In this document: positions 33,047 through 43,178 of the stretch, in pieces | Position numbering within the stretch: position 1 is the first letter of the stretch | Layout: the number at the start of each line of letters is the position of its first letter | From: Methanotrichaceae archaeon | GTDB taxonomy: Archaea > Halobacteriota > Methanosarcinia > Methanotrichales > Methanotrichaceae | Assembly (NCBI GenBank): GCA_963754945.1 | Contig: CAVWIG010000023.1 | Coordinates: forward strand, 1 to 64,000 | Direction of reading: 5' to 3' | Length of the DNA: 64,000 bases | The notes under the pieces: generated by a model | The model's input: only the letters and a program-made list of their open reading frames with translations | Database searches by the model: none | Told to the model about the DNA's origin: nothing | Position numbers and translations under genes: made by a program

Positions 33047-33682
33047 TTAAGCCGCTTTGCTCACGTCTATCTCCAGTGCGTCACTGAACGTCCTTGATGC
33101 TCCTGATGCAGATGCAATTATTGTTGCCTTGTAGGCCCCCATGGTTGAAATGGCATTCCATATCCCTGCATATTTCTCTCCAGAGGTGTGCTCCAGATTC
33201 ACTTTGCCTACCTCTAAACCATCAGAGTTTTTAATGGTCGCATAAGCCGTCATATTAGTCACGGGATTGCTCTGAGAGTCTGAACTGTTGTTTCCGAAAG
33301 TCGCGGTGATCATTACAGGGTTTCCTGAGTTTACTGGATTGGGCATAGCGTTTATGTCCTTCAGACTGACATTAAGCGTTGACGTCGCCGCGGGATTGTT
33401 TGTGCCACTGGCAGGGTTGCTAGTGCCCGTTTTGAGCAGATTGGAATTGAAATCTGAATTCATCTGTCTGATCCGCTCCGGGTTGCTCAAGCTTGAGGGC
33501 ACATCATTTATGGGTTTGCCTTCCATAAAATTGTTTGCGCTTGCAGACCAATCCTGGTCGGCACTACCACACGTCGTACAAATTGCGAATGCATTAAAGG
33601 ACAAACTTGCCTCTATCACCATGATGGACACTAAAACCAGAAGGATTACTGATTTTGTCATAACATCTCCTTTATCGCTCAT
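33047..33682 (-). CDS. Secreted hypothetical protein (CTTC N-terminus, Ig-like C-terminus)
   Basis: Hydrophobic signal; PNPV..G..V.ITA..., G.Y beta pattern. Confidence 0.65.
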   Translation of the reverse strand: MSDKGDVMTKSVILLVLVSIMVIEASLSFNAFAICTTCGSADQDWSASANNFMEGKPINDVPSSLSNPERIRQMNSDFNSNLLKTGTSNPASGTNNPAATSTLNVSLKDINAMPNPVNSGNPVMITATFGNNSSDSQSNPVTNMTAYATIKNSDGLEVGKVNLEHTSGEKYAGIWNAISTMGAYKATIIASASGASRTFSDALEIDVSKAA

Positions 33683-34086
33683 TTGATTCGGGCAAAGTTC
33701 TTCTTACTGAGTGTTCATCGATGAAGATTTTCTTCGCCTTCTTCCTCCCGCTATCTATATTCAATTATATCTCCTTTACGCCTAAAGAAAGTACTCCACG
33801 TGAATTGCCGAATTCGGGTGTTGGCAGATCTACTGGATCTCAATCATGCTCTTGAAGGGCGCAATGACTTCAGAATTCTCGCTGGGCTAAATTGAGGTAC
33901 GACTGGCCTCGTTACTCCAAATAATACGAGATAATTATCTTTGACTCCATTTGGATGTCAAGAACTGAATCTTAGCACTTGCCAGATACGGACTTTTACG
34001 AATGTGATTCATCAACTCCGAACGATCCGTCCTGGAGAGAGTTTAAATTCAGGTAAGAGAAACGGCACGGGAAATATGGAGGAAAA

Positions 34087-34542
34087 TTGGTGAGACGTTT
34101 AATGGGATTTGGATTTGTGCTCTTATCGATCATTTTGGCTCTTTCTTTTGGGGTAGCCTCAGCAGAACAGGTCGAGCATAAGGTCAACTCTACCAGTTCG
34201 TCGGATCAAATCACCCCGACAGGGAATATTACTCAAGAATCGAGGGTTCTTCTGAACGCTACGAACACAACTGACACCCTGAATTCAACCAAGCTCAAAA
34301 ATGCGACTATGCTTGAGAATTTGACCATACCTGAGAATGTCAGTTCGAAGAACAAGGTCGTTATCAATGTATCTGCTATTCCATTTGACATCGGACCTTC
34401 CAGCAAGACAGTTTTCGCGATTGACGACGGAGTGACCCCGATCAAAAGTGCAGGAAATATAGGGCAATCTTCAATTAACGGCGCTTCACTAATGCGTGCA
34501 GTTGATGGAACACCGCATGGATACACTACATATTATAATTGA
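34087..34542 (+). CDS. Secreted hypothetical glycoprotein
   Basis: Signal peptide and many N-x-S/T sequons. Confidence 0.65.
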   Translation: MVRRLMGFGFVLLSIILALSFGVASAEQVEHKVNSTSSSDQITPTGNITQESRVLLNATNTTDTLNSTKLKNATMLENLTIPENVSSKNKVVINVSAIPFDIGPSSKTVFAIDDGVTPIKSAGNIGQSSINGASLMRAVDGTPHGYTTYYN

Positions 34543-34854
34543 ATCGTTCTCCGAAGATGTGCAGCGAAATATAGCAGGAAATGACGCCTCGCATTGTAGA
34601 CAGGATAAGTACTGCAGTTCCAGGATAATCTAATGTTGAGGATACTTCAATCTATCAGTGGCCATTTTCAGCTAAGATTTGAGGAACGATCAAGCTCATG
34701 TGGATTTCGAATCCCCTTTTAGCGACTTTCGGCCTCAACGGAGATGAAGATAGAGGAGAGGCGCTGGAGCACTGCCTGCGATCATGATCGTTGAGTATTA
34801 ATACCAAATAAACGAAGGGTAACGGATTAAGGAATTTATCAGCAGGAGGTCTTT

Positions 34855-36798
34855 ATGGGTTACACCTTGACCGAAAAGATCCTGAGAGCGCACCTCATCG
34901 ATGGATCTTACAAGCCCGGAGAGGAGATCGGGATAAAAATAGATCAGACTCTCACCCAGGATGCCACAGGCACCATGGCCTATCTCCAGTTCGAGTCTAT
35001 GGGCCTATCCAAGATCGCCACTGAGCTTTCGGTGAGCTACGTGGACCACAACACCATCCAGGTGGGCTTCGAGAACTCTGACGATCACGCCTATCTTCAG
35101 TCTATCGCCGAGAAGTACGGGCTGTACTTCTCAAGACCAGGAAACGGCATATGCCACCAGGTCCACCTGGAAAGATTCGCTCGACCTGGCAAAACGCTGC
35201 TGGGCTCGGACAGTCACACGCCAACCGCCGGTGGCGTTGGCTCCATCGCCATGGGCGCAGGCGGCCTGGATGTAGCCGTGGCTATGGGAGGCGGCGCTTA
35301 TTACATTACCTGCCCCAGGGTCATCAACGTTCACCTGACTGGCTCGCTTAGGCCTTGGGTCACAGCCAAGGACGTCGTTCTCAAGGTCCTGCAGATCCTC
35401 ACCACCAAAGGAAACGTAGGCTACGCATGCGAGTACACCGGTGACGGAGTTGAGAGGCTGACCGTTCCGGAACGTGCCACGATAACCAACATGGGTGCAG
35501 AGACAGGCGTAACCACGTCCATCTTCCCTAGCGACCTTCAGACCAAGCGATTCCTTGATGCCCAGGGCAGAGGAAACCAGTGGATTCCTCTCGCACCAGA
35601 CAAGGACGCAGTTTACGATAAGGTCATAGAGATCGACCTCTCACAGATCGAACCCCTGGCGGCTGCTCCCCACAGTCCCGGAAACGTCCTGCCTGTTACC
35701 GAGCTGAACCTTCCCGTGGACCAGGTGATGATAGGATCGTGCACCAACTCATCTTACGTCGACCTAATGACAGTGGCTGAAATGGTCAAGGGCCAGAGGC
35801 TTCCAAAGGGTATTAGCCTGGGCATAGCTCCAGGCTCCAGACAAGTGCTAAACACTATCGCCAAGAACGGAGCTTTGAGCGACCTGATCTCCTTTGGTGC
35901 CAGGATCCTTGAGTCTGCATGCGGCTTTTGTATCGGCAACAGCCTTTCGCCACGCACAGACTCTGTCTCGGTGCGCACCAGCAACCGGAACTTCCTGGGC
36001 AGATCGGGAACCTCTGGCGCCAACGTCTACCTGACGAGCCCGGTGGTGGCAGCCGCTGCGGCGCTCACGGGCATTCTGGCCGACCCCAGAACGCTTAAGA
36101 TCAGCTATCCGATGATCGAGATGCCTGAACATTTCGAGATAGACGACAGCATGATCATCCCACCCTTGCCAGGGAGCGCCCGCACCGAGGTGACAGTTCT
36201 CCGCGGTCCGAACATCGGTGAGCCTCCGGTAAATACTCCCATGCCTGAGGACATCCGGGGCGTAGCCACAATAAAGGTGGAAGACTACGTTACCACCGAC
36301 CACATCATGCCCGCTGGCTCTCGCCTTAAGTACAGATCGAACGTGCCGAAGTACTCTGAGTTCGTCTTTGAGCCTCTGGACAAGGAGTTCAGCACCAGGG
36401 CCGCATCACTTCGGGACAATGGTGTTCATAACCTGATAGTCGCAGGCGTCAGCTACGGTCAGGGGTCTTCCAGGGAGCACGCAGCCCTCTGTCCCATGTA
36501 CCTTGGGGTTAAGGCTGTGCTGGCCAAGTCCATCGAGAGGATACACGCTTCAAACCTGGTCAACTTCGGGATAGTCCCCCTCGCCTTCGTTGAGGATTCT
36601 GACTACGATTCTCTTGAGAAAGGGGCAGAGATCGTCATCCCCGGAATTCACAAAGCCCTAGAAACAGGTGCGGAATTTATAAAGGCCATCTCAGACAAAA
36701 AGGAGATCAAACTTAAGATGAACCTCAGCAAGAGGCAGAGGAAGATACTTCTGGCTGGCGGCCTTCTGCCCTACACCGTTTTGGGAAATAAAAGATGA
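34855..36798 (+). CDS. Aconitate hydratase (single chain)
   Basis: QDATG, DHN, GICHQ, DSHT, IGSCTN, CGFCIG, TTDHI, GSSREHA. Confidence 0.93.
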   Translation: MGYTLTEKILRAHLIDGSYKPGEEIGIKIDQTLTQDATGTMAYLQFESMGLSKIATELSVSYVDHNTIQVGFENSDDHAYLQSIAEKYGLYFSRPGNGICHQVHLERFARPGKTLLGSDSHTPTAGGVGSIAMGAGGLDVAVAMGGGAYYITCPRVINVHLTGSLRPWVTAKDVVLKVLQILTTKGNVGYACEYTGDGVERLTVPERATITNMGAETGVTTSIFPSDLQTKRFLDAQGRGNQWIPLAPDKDAVYDKVIEIDLSQIEPLAAAPHSPGNVLPVTELNLPVDQVMIGSCTNSSYVDLMTVAEMVKGQRLPKGISLGIAPGSRQVLNTIAKNGALSDLISFGARILESACGFCIGNSLSPRTDSVSVRTSNRNFLGRSGTSGANVYLTSPVVAAAAALTGILADPRTLKISYPMIEMPEHFEIDDSMIIPPLPGSARTEVTVLRGPNIGEPPVNTPMPEDIRGVATIKVEDYVTTDHIMPAGSRLKYRSNVPKYSEFVFEPLDKEFSTRAASLRDNGVHNLIVAGVSYGQGSSREHAALCPMYLGVKAVLAKSIERIHASNLVNFGIVPLAFVEDSDYDSLEKGAEIVIPGIHKALETGAEFIKAISDKKEIKLKMNLSKRQRKILLAGGLLPYTVLGNKR

Positions 36799-36845
36799 GA
36801 TCAATTCTGCTGATCTCATCGTATTTTATCCGACGCTAGGGTTGA

Positions 36846-37367
36846 TCAATAGCTGAAGAGCGTCTTTATTCCCTGGGATATGACCTGTCCAGATGAGGAA
36901 CTGTCGATTGCGGAGGATGTAGCGTTCTTCGTCAGGGAGAAACTGGATTCTTGAACACTCGGGGTGTAGATCTGGGTGTACTTCCAGCTCTGGTCTATGT
37001 TGAAATTCGTGAGCGTGTTTCTCTTCAGAAGCATGCTGTTCCATTGATCTGGGCTGTATTTGCTTGCTGTTGGGACACCAGTCGTGAGTGACGAACTCTT
37101 TAGCTGTACAGGCTCGTTGAAGTTCAGAGGGAATGTGTTGAACCAGATGTTCATGCTGGTTGCAGGATTGTACGTCGGCCCTGTCAAATTCGGGGCATTG
37201 TGAATGTAGGAGTCCCAGTACTTCTCCACGAAAGGTTCGAAAGGTGTTGTGCTTGGTCCGTTGAAGAAGGCAAGCTGAGAGGCGCCGTACCCTTCTCCAG
37301 TGAACATTGCCTGTGCTGAAGCTCCGCCGATTAGGCAGATCAGCGATAGTAGAACTATGCATCTCAT
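36846..37367 (-). CDS. Secreted hypothetical protein
   Basis: Signal peptide MRCIVLLSLICLIGGASAQ. Confidence 0.65.
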   Translation of the reverse strand: MRCIVLLSLICLIGGASAQAMFTGEGYGASQLAFFNGPSTTPFEPFVEKYWDSYIHNAPNLTGPTYNPATSMNIWFNTFPLNFNEPVQLKSSSLTTGVPTASKYSPDQWNSMLLKRNTLTNFNIDQSWKYTQIYTPSVQESSFSLTKNATSSAIDSSSSGQVISQGIKTLFSY

Positions 37368-37455
37368 TTTAATACATCTCTTTTTATATTTTATGTTGTC
37401 TTCTTATGCTCATCGGTCCCAACCTATTTATCTCTTATTGGTCGAGAAAAGATCC

Positions 37456-38880
37456 ATGCCGGATTGTTTCGAGATTCTGCACAAGGATTTGGCAGGTAGA
37501 ATCGGCAAGCTTTCCACACCCCACGGTACAGTGGAGACTCCAGCCCTCATGCCCGTGGTCAACCCCCACCTTCAGCTCATACCAGCCCCCGAACTCGGCA
37601 AAATGGGGGCCACAATGCTGATCACCAATAGCTACATCATCCGACAGGACGAGGCATTGCGAGTCCAGGCTCTTGAAAAGGGCCTTCACAGCCTTCTGGG
37701 CTTCCACGGTCCGATCATGACAGACTCAGGTGCCTTTCAGCTTTCCGTCTACGGCGACATAGATGTCCTGCCCCAGGAGATCCTCGAATTCCAGTTTGCT
37801 ATTCAATCCGACGTCTGCGTTCCCCTGGACATTCCCACACCTCCTGACGTGACCAGAGAACGAGCCGCATCGGAGCTGAAAGAGACTGAGAGAAGGCTGG
37901 AAGAAGCGCTGAAAAACAAAGGCGCTTCCCTTCTAGCAGGGCCCATCCAGGGGTCGACCTATCCGGATTTGAGAGAGGCAGCGGCCCGCTTTTTGAGGGA
38001 CAAGGGCTTTGACGTCTATCCTGTTGGGGGAGTCGTACCTCTAATGGAGACCTACAGGTTCAGCGACCTGGTGGAAGTCGTGACTGCAGCAAAAAAAGGT
38101 CTCGGCCCTGGAGCACCGGTCCACCTGTTTGGAGCGGGCCATCCTATGGTCTTCGCCCTCGCCACAGCCATGGGATGCGACCTCTTCGACTCTGCGGCAT
38201 ACGCCCTTTTTGCCAGGGAGGGAAGATACCTGACGTCACGGGGGACTTGGAGGCTTGAGGAGATGAGGTACTTACCCTGTTCCTGCCCTGTATGCCAGGG
38301 CCACAATCCAGAGGAGCTGATGAAGAGCCCGGAAAGGATTAAGCTGCTGGCAAGGCACAATCTCTACATCTCATTGCAAGAGATCAACCTGGTCAAGCAG
38401 TGCATCCGTGAGGGGTCTCTTTGGGAACTGCTGGAAACTAGGTGCCGATCTCACCCGCGTATGCTCGACGGTTTTAGAAAACTTGGCGAAAAGGGCGAAT
38501 GGCTGGAGAGCCTGGACACCTCGTCTAAATCCACTCTTTTCTATCTCAGTTCGGAATCGGCATCGCGGCCCGAGGTAGTCCGATACGGGTCCAGGATAGA
38601 AAGGCTAACACTATCCGGAAATGTCCTGATCACGGACGATACGAAGACCAAAGCGGATGGGTTTGACACCGTCCTTCATTTCAAGCCACCCTTCGGTCCT
38701 TACCCGGCCGAGTTAGCGGAGACTTATCCATTTAACGCCGAAGTCCCAGTCAAGGCTGATCCGTCGTCCATGGAGAGAGCGTTATTGAACACTAAAAGAT
38801 TGATAAAAGCCAATCCCAGTGCCAGGTTCAGCCTCCAGATCAAGGGCTTGACCCGGGAGGAGAATGACGAAATACTTTGA
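37456..38880 (+). CDS. tgtA: Archaeosine tRNA-guanine(15) transglycosylase, without C-terminal PUA
   Basis: ETP..MPV, TDSGAFQ, HLFGAGHP, FDSAAY, CSCPVC. Confidence 0.95.
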   Translation: MPDCFEILHKDLAGRIGKLSTPHGTVETPALMPVVNPHLQLIPAPELGKMGATMLITNSYIIRQDEALRVQALEKGLHSLLGFHGPIMTDSGAFQLSVYGDIDVLPQEILEFQFAIQSDVCVPLDIPTPPDVTRERAASELKETERRLEEALKNKGASLLAGPIQGSTYPDLREAAARFLRDKGFDVYPVGGVVPLMETYRFSDLVEVVTAAKKGLGPGAPVHLFGAGHPMVFALATAMGCDLFDSAAYALFAREGRYLTSRGTWRLEEMRYLPCSCPVCQGHNPEELMKSPERIKLLARHNLYISLQEINLVKQCIREGSLWELLETRCRSHPRMLDGFRKLGEKGEWLESLDTSSKSTLFYLSSESASRPEVVRYGSRIERLTLSGNVLITDDTKTKADGFDTVLHFKPPFGPYPAELAETYPFNAEVPVKADPSSMERALLNTKRLIKANPSARFSLQIKGLTREENDEIL

Positions 38881-40606
38881 GGTGATCAGACGCGACGGAC
38901 CCGCACGGCTGGGAAAGCTCTCCTTAGAGCGGACCATCCAGACTCCGGCCATCATATCCAGGGATGATTATCTCTGTAGAGGCAGCGTGTTTGGCTTTGG
39001 ATCAACAGAAGAAGCCATGAAATCTACTCCATCCTCGAACGGAGATAAGAAGCTGGTAATACTTCCGTACGTCCCCTCAGCACTTCACGTTGAGCCGCTT
39101 CTCGAGCTTCCCGACCGGGAGCTGGACGGACCCAAGGGCATAGTTGTTCACCCCCTTTTCGGCAGCAAGCCGGACAATGCCGATGTTTATGTGATGAGCT
39201 CGGCCGGCACTCTCAAGAACCCAAGAGATCTGATCGGTGCAGTTGTCTGCGTTCGAAACAGGATACCCGCAGACACCGCCCTCTACGTTCCAGCTCTGGC
39301 AACCCCCGCAAACCTGGCATTTTTAGTCTATCTGGGGATAGACCTCATTGACACAACCCGAGTCGTTGCCGATGCCTACTTTGGGAGATACCACACCCGA
39401 GACGGAGTTCGGTCATTGGCCGACTTCGACGAGCTGCCCTGCAAGTGTCAGTTCTGTCAGAGGCTGGTCGAAGAAAGCGAGGATGCAGAGATACTGGCAG
39501 GCCACAACGTCTTGAAGCTGGAAGAAGAGCTGGCAGTAGCCAGGGAGATGGTGAGGAGAGAGACCATTCGGGAGTACGTGGAACGCCAGGTGAGGGTCAC
39601 CCCTGAGCTGACGGCAGCGCTCAGATTAATCGACCAAGAGCACGCATACATCGAAAGCAGGACGCCTCAACACAGGCGCAGCACTCTGTACGCCAATACC
39701 GCAGAGTCGCTGAACAGAGCCGAAGTCACACGATTCGCCGAGCGGGTACTGTGTAGATACACCGCACCCAAAAGCGATGTTCTGCTGCTTCTGCCCTGCT
39801 CTGCCAGGAAGCCCTACTCTACCTCGAGATCTCACAGGTTCTTCGCTTTGGCCACAGGCTTCAGCCGCAGGTACCTGAACGAGCTCATCCTCACCTCGCC
39901 CCTGGCCCTGGTGCCTAGAGAGCTGGAGGAGGTTTATCCCGCTGCCAGTTACGACGTGCCTGTCACAGGACACTGGGATCTGGAAGAGAAGGCGTGGTTG
40001 CTGCGCTGTCTGGACGGTTACCTGGAGAAGAACAGATACGCTAGAATTGTTGCACACCTGGATGGAGAGCTGGAACAAACTGTGAAAGACCATGGAATAG
40101 ATGCAGTCTACACTGGCGGCGGAACCAGCGATTCTGCCCTGGCCATGCTATCCGATGCCGTTGGCGAGGCCTGCCAGGGAGCTGTGCGCCTAAGAGACAT
40201 GCGCCTAGGACGCTACAGGGCTGTGGCGGATTACTATTTTGGATCTGGAGCAGGCGATGCTTTGCTGGCAGGAAAAGTGAAAGTGAAGGGCCGGGAGATC
40301 CAGAATGAAAAAGGAAAGACTCTCGTCATGATCACCCCCAACGGCACGATCGCCATGTCCCCAGAGGGAGCCAGGAGGTTGGAGCCCCTGGGCAAGTACA
40401 TAGTGACCATAGGCGATTTCCTGCCCAAAGGATCGCTGCTCGCTCCGGGCGTCATTGAAGCAGACGAACAGATCCGGCCTGGAGACGAAGTGATAATCCG
40501 TGGGGAGAAGGCCTTCGGTGTAGGGCGAGCCAAGATGTCCGGCTGGGAGATGGTGGAGTCAAAGAGGGGCGTGGCTGTGGAGCTGAAGCAAATCGAGAAG
40601 ATATGA
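38864..40606 (+). CDS. arcS: Archaeosine synthase alpha subunit
   Basis: LLPCSARKPYS.SRSH, VPRELE, YDVPVTGHW, C-terminal PUA. Confidence 0.93.
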   Translation: MTKYFEVIRRDGPARLGKLSLERTIQTPAIISRDDYLCRGSVFGFGSTEEAMKSTPSSNGDKKLVILPYVPSALHVEPLLELPDRELDGPKGIVVHPLFGSKPDNADVYVMSSAGTLKNPRDLIGAVVCVRNRIPADTALYVPALATPANLAFLVYLGIDLIDTTRVVADAYFGRYHTRDGVRSLADFDELPCKCQFCQRLVEESEDAEILAGHNVLKLEEELAVAREMVRRETIREYVERQVRVTPELTAALRLIDQEHAYIESRTPQHRRSTLYANTAESLNRAEVTRFAERVLCRYTAPKSDVLLLLPCSARKPYSTSRSHRFFALATGFSRRYLNELILTSPLALVPRELEEVYPAASYDVPVTGHWDLEEKAWLLRCLDGYLEKNRYARIVAHLDGELEQTVKDHGIDAVYTGGGTSDSALAMLSDAVGEACQGAVRLRDMRLGRYRAVADYYFGSGAGDALLAGKVKVKGREIQNEKGKTLVMITPNGTIAMSPEGARRLEPLGKYIVTIGDFLPKGSLLAPGVIEADEQIRPGDEVIIRGEKAFGVGRAKMSGWEMVESKRGVAVELKQIEKI

Positions 40607-40680
40607 GTATATGAAAAATATGAAAATGCGTGCCGGCTTTCAGGATGCTTCAGAATAGCACTGATTTGATTGAATCATCA

Positions 40681-41886
40681 TCACTTTAGCTCGACATCAT
40701 ATTCGGCATCCTTCAGCGCATTTGCAATCTTGGCTATGTGATCGATGCCCCGCGTCGCTAGCTCTAGTTCAACCCGCATTTGGAAGATGGGCAGGTCCCT
40801 TTCGTTGCGAGCATGATAGATGTGGATAATGTTCGCCTGCGTCCTGGCCACCAGGTCCAGAAGCCCAGCCAGCGACCCCGGCTTGTCCGCAAGGGTCACA
40901 GAAAGCCGCATTATTCGTCCGTGCCTCAGCAAGCCCTGCCTTATTATCCTGTCAAGCAGAGGACTGTCTACGTTTCCTCCGCTGATCACCAAGACCACTT
41001 TGCTTCCTTTGGGGAGGACAACAGATGAACCCAAGAGAGCTGCCAAGGGAGCTGCTCCTGCTCCTTCAGCCAGGACTTTCTTGCGTTCAAGGAGGAGCAA
41101 GATAGCGGCTGCAATCTGCTCCTCGCTTACAAGGACGATCTCATCAACTTTTTCTTTGAGGATCGGGAAGTCTGCATCACCCACCTGAGTAACCATGATG
41201 GCATCTGCGATGGAGCTCTTCTCCTCGACGACTGATGGCTTGCCTTCTCTGAGGGCCACGTAGGCTGAGGGACACGCTTCGGCCTGAACCCCGATGATCC
41301 TGATCCCAGGCCGGAGGGCCTTGGCGACGACGGCAACTCCGCCGATGAGACCACCGCCTCCAACCGGTACTATGATGGCGTCTACGTCCGGCAGATCTTT
41401 GAGGATCTCCAGGCCGACCGTCCCCTGGCCGGTTATGAGGTCAGGATCGTCGTAGGGATGGATGAACGTCTTTCCAGAGGAGGCCGCCATCTCCTGCGCA
41501 ATTTGAAGGCTCTCCATGAGGGTCTGGCCTTTCAGAACGACCTCTGCTCCGTACTCCCTGGTAGCCTCTTGCTTTGTTATAGATGTCCAAACCGGCATGA
41601 CTATGGTGGCCGGTATCCCCTCTGCTCTGGCTGCCATGGCCACCCCCTGAGCGTGGTTGCCTATGGAGGCTGCCACGATGCCAGGGCCGAGCTGGTTGCG
41701 TTTGGTCAGGATTTTGTAGGTGGCCCCCCGGATCTTGAAGGAACCTCCCTTCTGGAGGTTTTCCAACTTAAGATACACTTCAGCTCCAGTCATCTTGCTG
41801 AATGTGGGAGAGTAGATGAGCGGAGTACGCAGTACGCGGCCTTTGATCAATCCCGCTGCCTTTTGGATTCCGTCCAGAGAGACCAT
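40681..41886 (-). CDS. ilvA: Threonine ammonia-lyase with ACT domain
   Basis: KLENLQ.GGSFKIRGA, GNHAQG, VGGGGL, SGGN, DKPG.L. Confidence 0.93.
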   Translation of the reverse strand: MVSLDGIQKAAGLIKGRVLRTPLIYSPTFSKMTGAEVYLKLENLQKGGSFKIRGATYKILTKRNQLGPGIVAASIGNHAQGVAMAARAEGIPATIVMPVWTSITKQEATREYGAEVVLKGQTLMESLQIAQEMAASSGKTFIHPYDDPDLITGQGTVGLEILKDLPDVDAIIVPVGGGGLIGGVAVVAKALRPGIRIIGVQAEACPSAYVALREGKPSVVEEKSSIADAIMVTQVGDADFPILKEKVDEIVLVSEEQIAAAILLLLERKKVLAEGAGAAPLAALLGSSVVLPKGSKVVLVISGGNVDSPLLDRIIRQGLLRHGRIMRLSVTLADKPGSLAGLLDLVARTQANIIHIYHARNERDLPIFQMRVELELATRGIDHIAKIANALKDAEYDVELK

Positions 41887-42072
41887 TGGCAGAAATACGC
41901 ACTGTCAGAATTTAGCCTTTCTTGTTACAGTTTACCGGCATACGGGCTTGAGTAGGGAGGCTATGGCAATTGTATAAAATGCCGACTCACTGATAACGCA
42001 CTGATATTTCTGTCTTTATACGGACATAATTTGTGTAAACAAATTGGTGTAGAGCAAATTAGCATAGAACAA

Positions 42073-42384
42073 TTAGTGTAGAACATTCGAAGCCAATGCA
42101 TACGGCGCTATATCTGCCACGGTTAAAGCAATTATCGCCGCTATCCAGTACATTGGTTTATGAGACCACCACACCCTCCTATTCCTGGCATAGATGTAAA
42201 GCACAAAGGGGAGAATTGGCGCGATGGAAACGATGGCCTCTGGCTCTACCTTCAGGACATAAGTGAAAATGTACCCCTGGAAGAGGAGGCAAATGACTGT
42301 AGCCAGGCCAACCATTGACTGGTTGCTCAATTGCATAACGCTTGCTTGGTTTCCTTGGTTAATAAGCCTTTCATGATTGGCCAT
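42073..42384 (-). CDS. Small three-TM membrane protein
   Basis: Three hydrophobic segments; start uncertain. Confidence 0.55.
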   Translation of the reverse strand: MANHERLINQGNQASVMQLSNQSMVGLATVICLLFQGYIFTYVLKVEPEAIVSIAPILPFVLYIYARNRRVWWSHKPMYWIAAIIALTVADIAPYALASNVLH

Positions 42385-42694
42385 GATTTCGCGAACCCGG
42401 AAAGACGACTATTTTGTCCCGTGGAGCCTCCAACTGCGCACAGTCAAAGCGTTCCTCCAGAAATTTTTGATTCTTGGACGTCTCAAAAGATTTTCTGCTC
42501 GAACTGTCCAGGTCGTGTTCATATTTACGATTTTTAAAGCATGTGGACCAAAAAGGCCGAAATTAAGACTGATTCTATCTTTGAAGCTTTCAATTAACCT
42601 GAAAAGCGCACGAAACCGATCTACATTTCGGTATGAGAAGGGACTTTCTTAACATTGGACTATCTTTATATATCATTAGAGACCCTAGTTATAA

Positions 42695-43090
42695 GTGGAG
42701 GGGTTAAGCATTAGCTCTCTTAAACTAAGTATGGTACTTCTTGCCCTCTTAGCGCTTTGCACTTCGTGGGCTGCTGGTCAAGGTTACAGTCAGAATTACG
42801 GTCAAGGTTATGGACAGAGTTATGGATTTTCATATCCATCACAGTATTCATACTCATATCCTTATCCGTGTCAATGCTACAGCTATCCCTGTACTTGCCC
42901 GTATCAATATTACCCAAATCAATATTGCCAAAGCTGCACGTCATATCAGACACCTTGCTACTACCCGTGTAACTACCCTTGCTACTATCCGTACTCCTGC
43001 CAGAACTGGCCTTGCACGGACTGTGATTCATGCCGGGATTGCGGCTATCCAGGCCACGGCCTAAACCCAGTTCCACCAGTTCCTTACTGA
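42695..43090 (+). CDS. Secreted Tyr/Cys/Pro/Gln-rich protein
   Basis: Signal peptide then GQGY and YPC repeats; TATA at about 42665. Confidence 0.7.
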   Translation: MEGLSISSLKLSMVLLALLALCTSWAAGQGYSQNYGQGYGQSYGFSYPSQYSYSYPYPCQCYSYPCTCPYQYYPNQYCQSCTSYQTPCYYPCNYPCYYPYSCQNWPCTDCDSCRDCGYPGHGLNPVPPVPY

Positions 43091-43150
43091 GGATGCCTTA
43101 AGCACAGCCAAGTGACGTTGGGCAGTTTGCTTGATCAATAGGTAGAAGAT

Positions 43151-43172
43151 AGCCGAACTTAGGAGTTCGGCT
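43151..43172. terminator. Hairpin between convergent genes
   Basis: AGCCGAACT-TAGG-AGTTCGGCT. Confidence 0.5.
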
Positions 43173-43178
43173 GCTGAT

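Noticed and set aside
37456-38880. tgtA lacking the PUA domain
   Set aside because: Split ArcTGT is already known in Methanosarcinales
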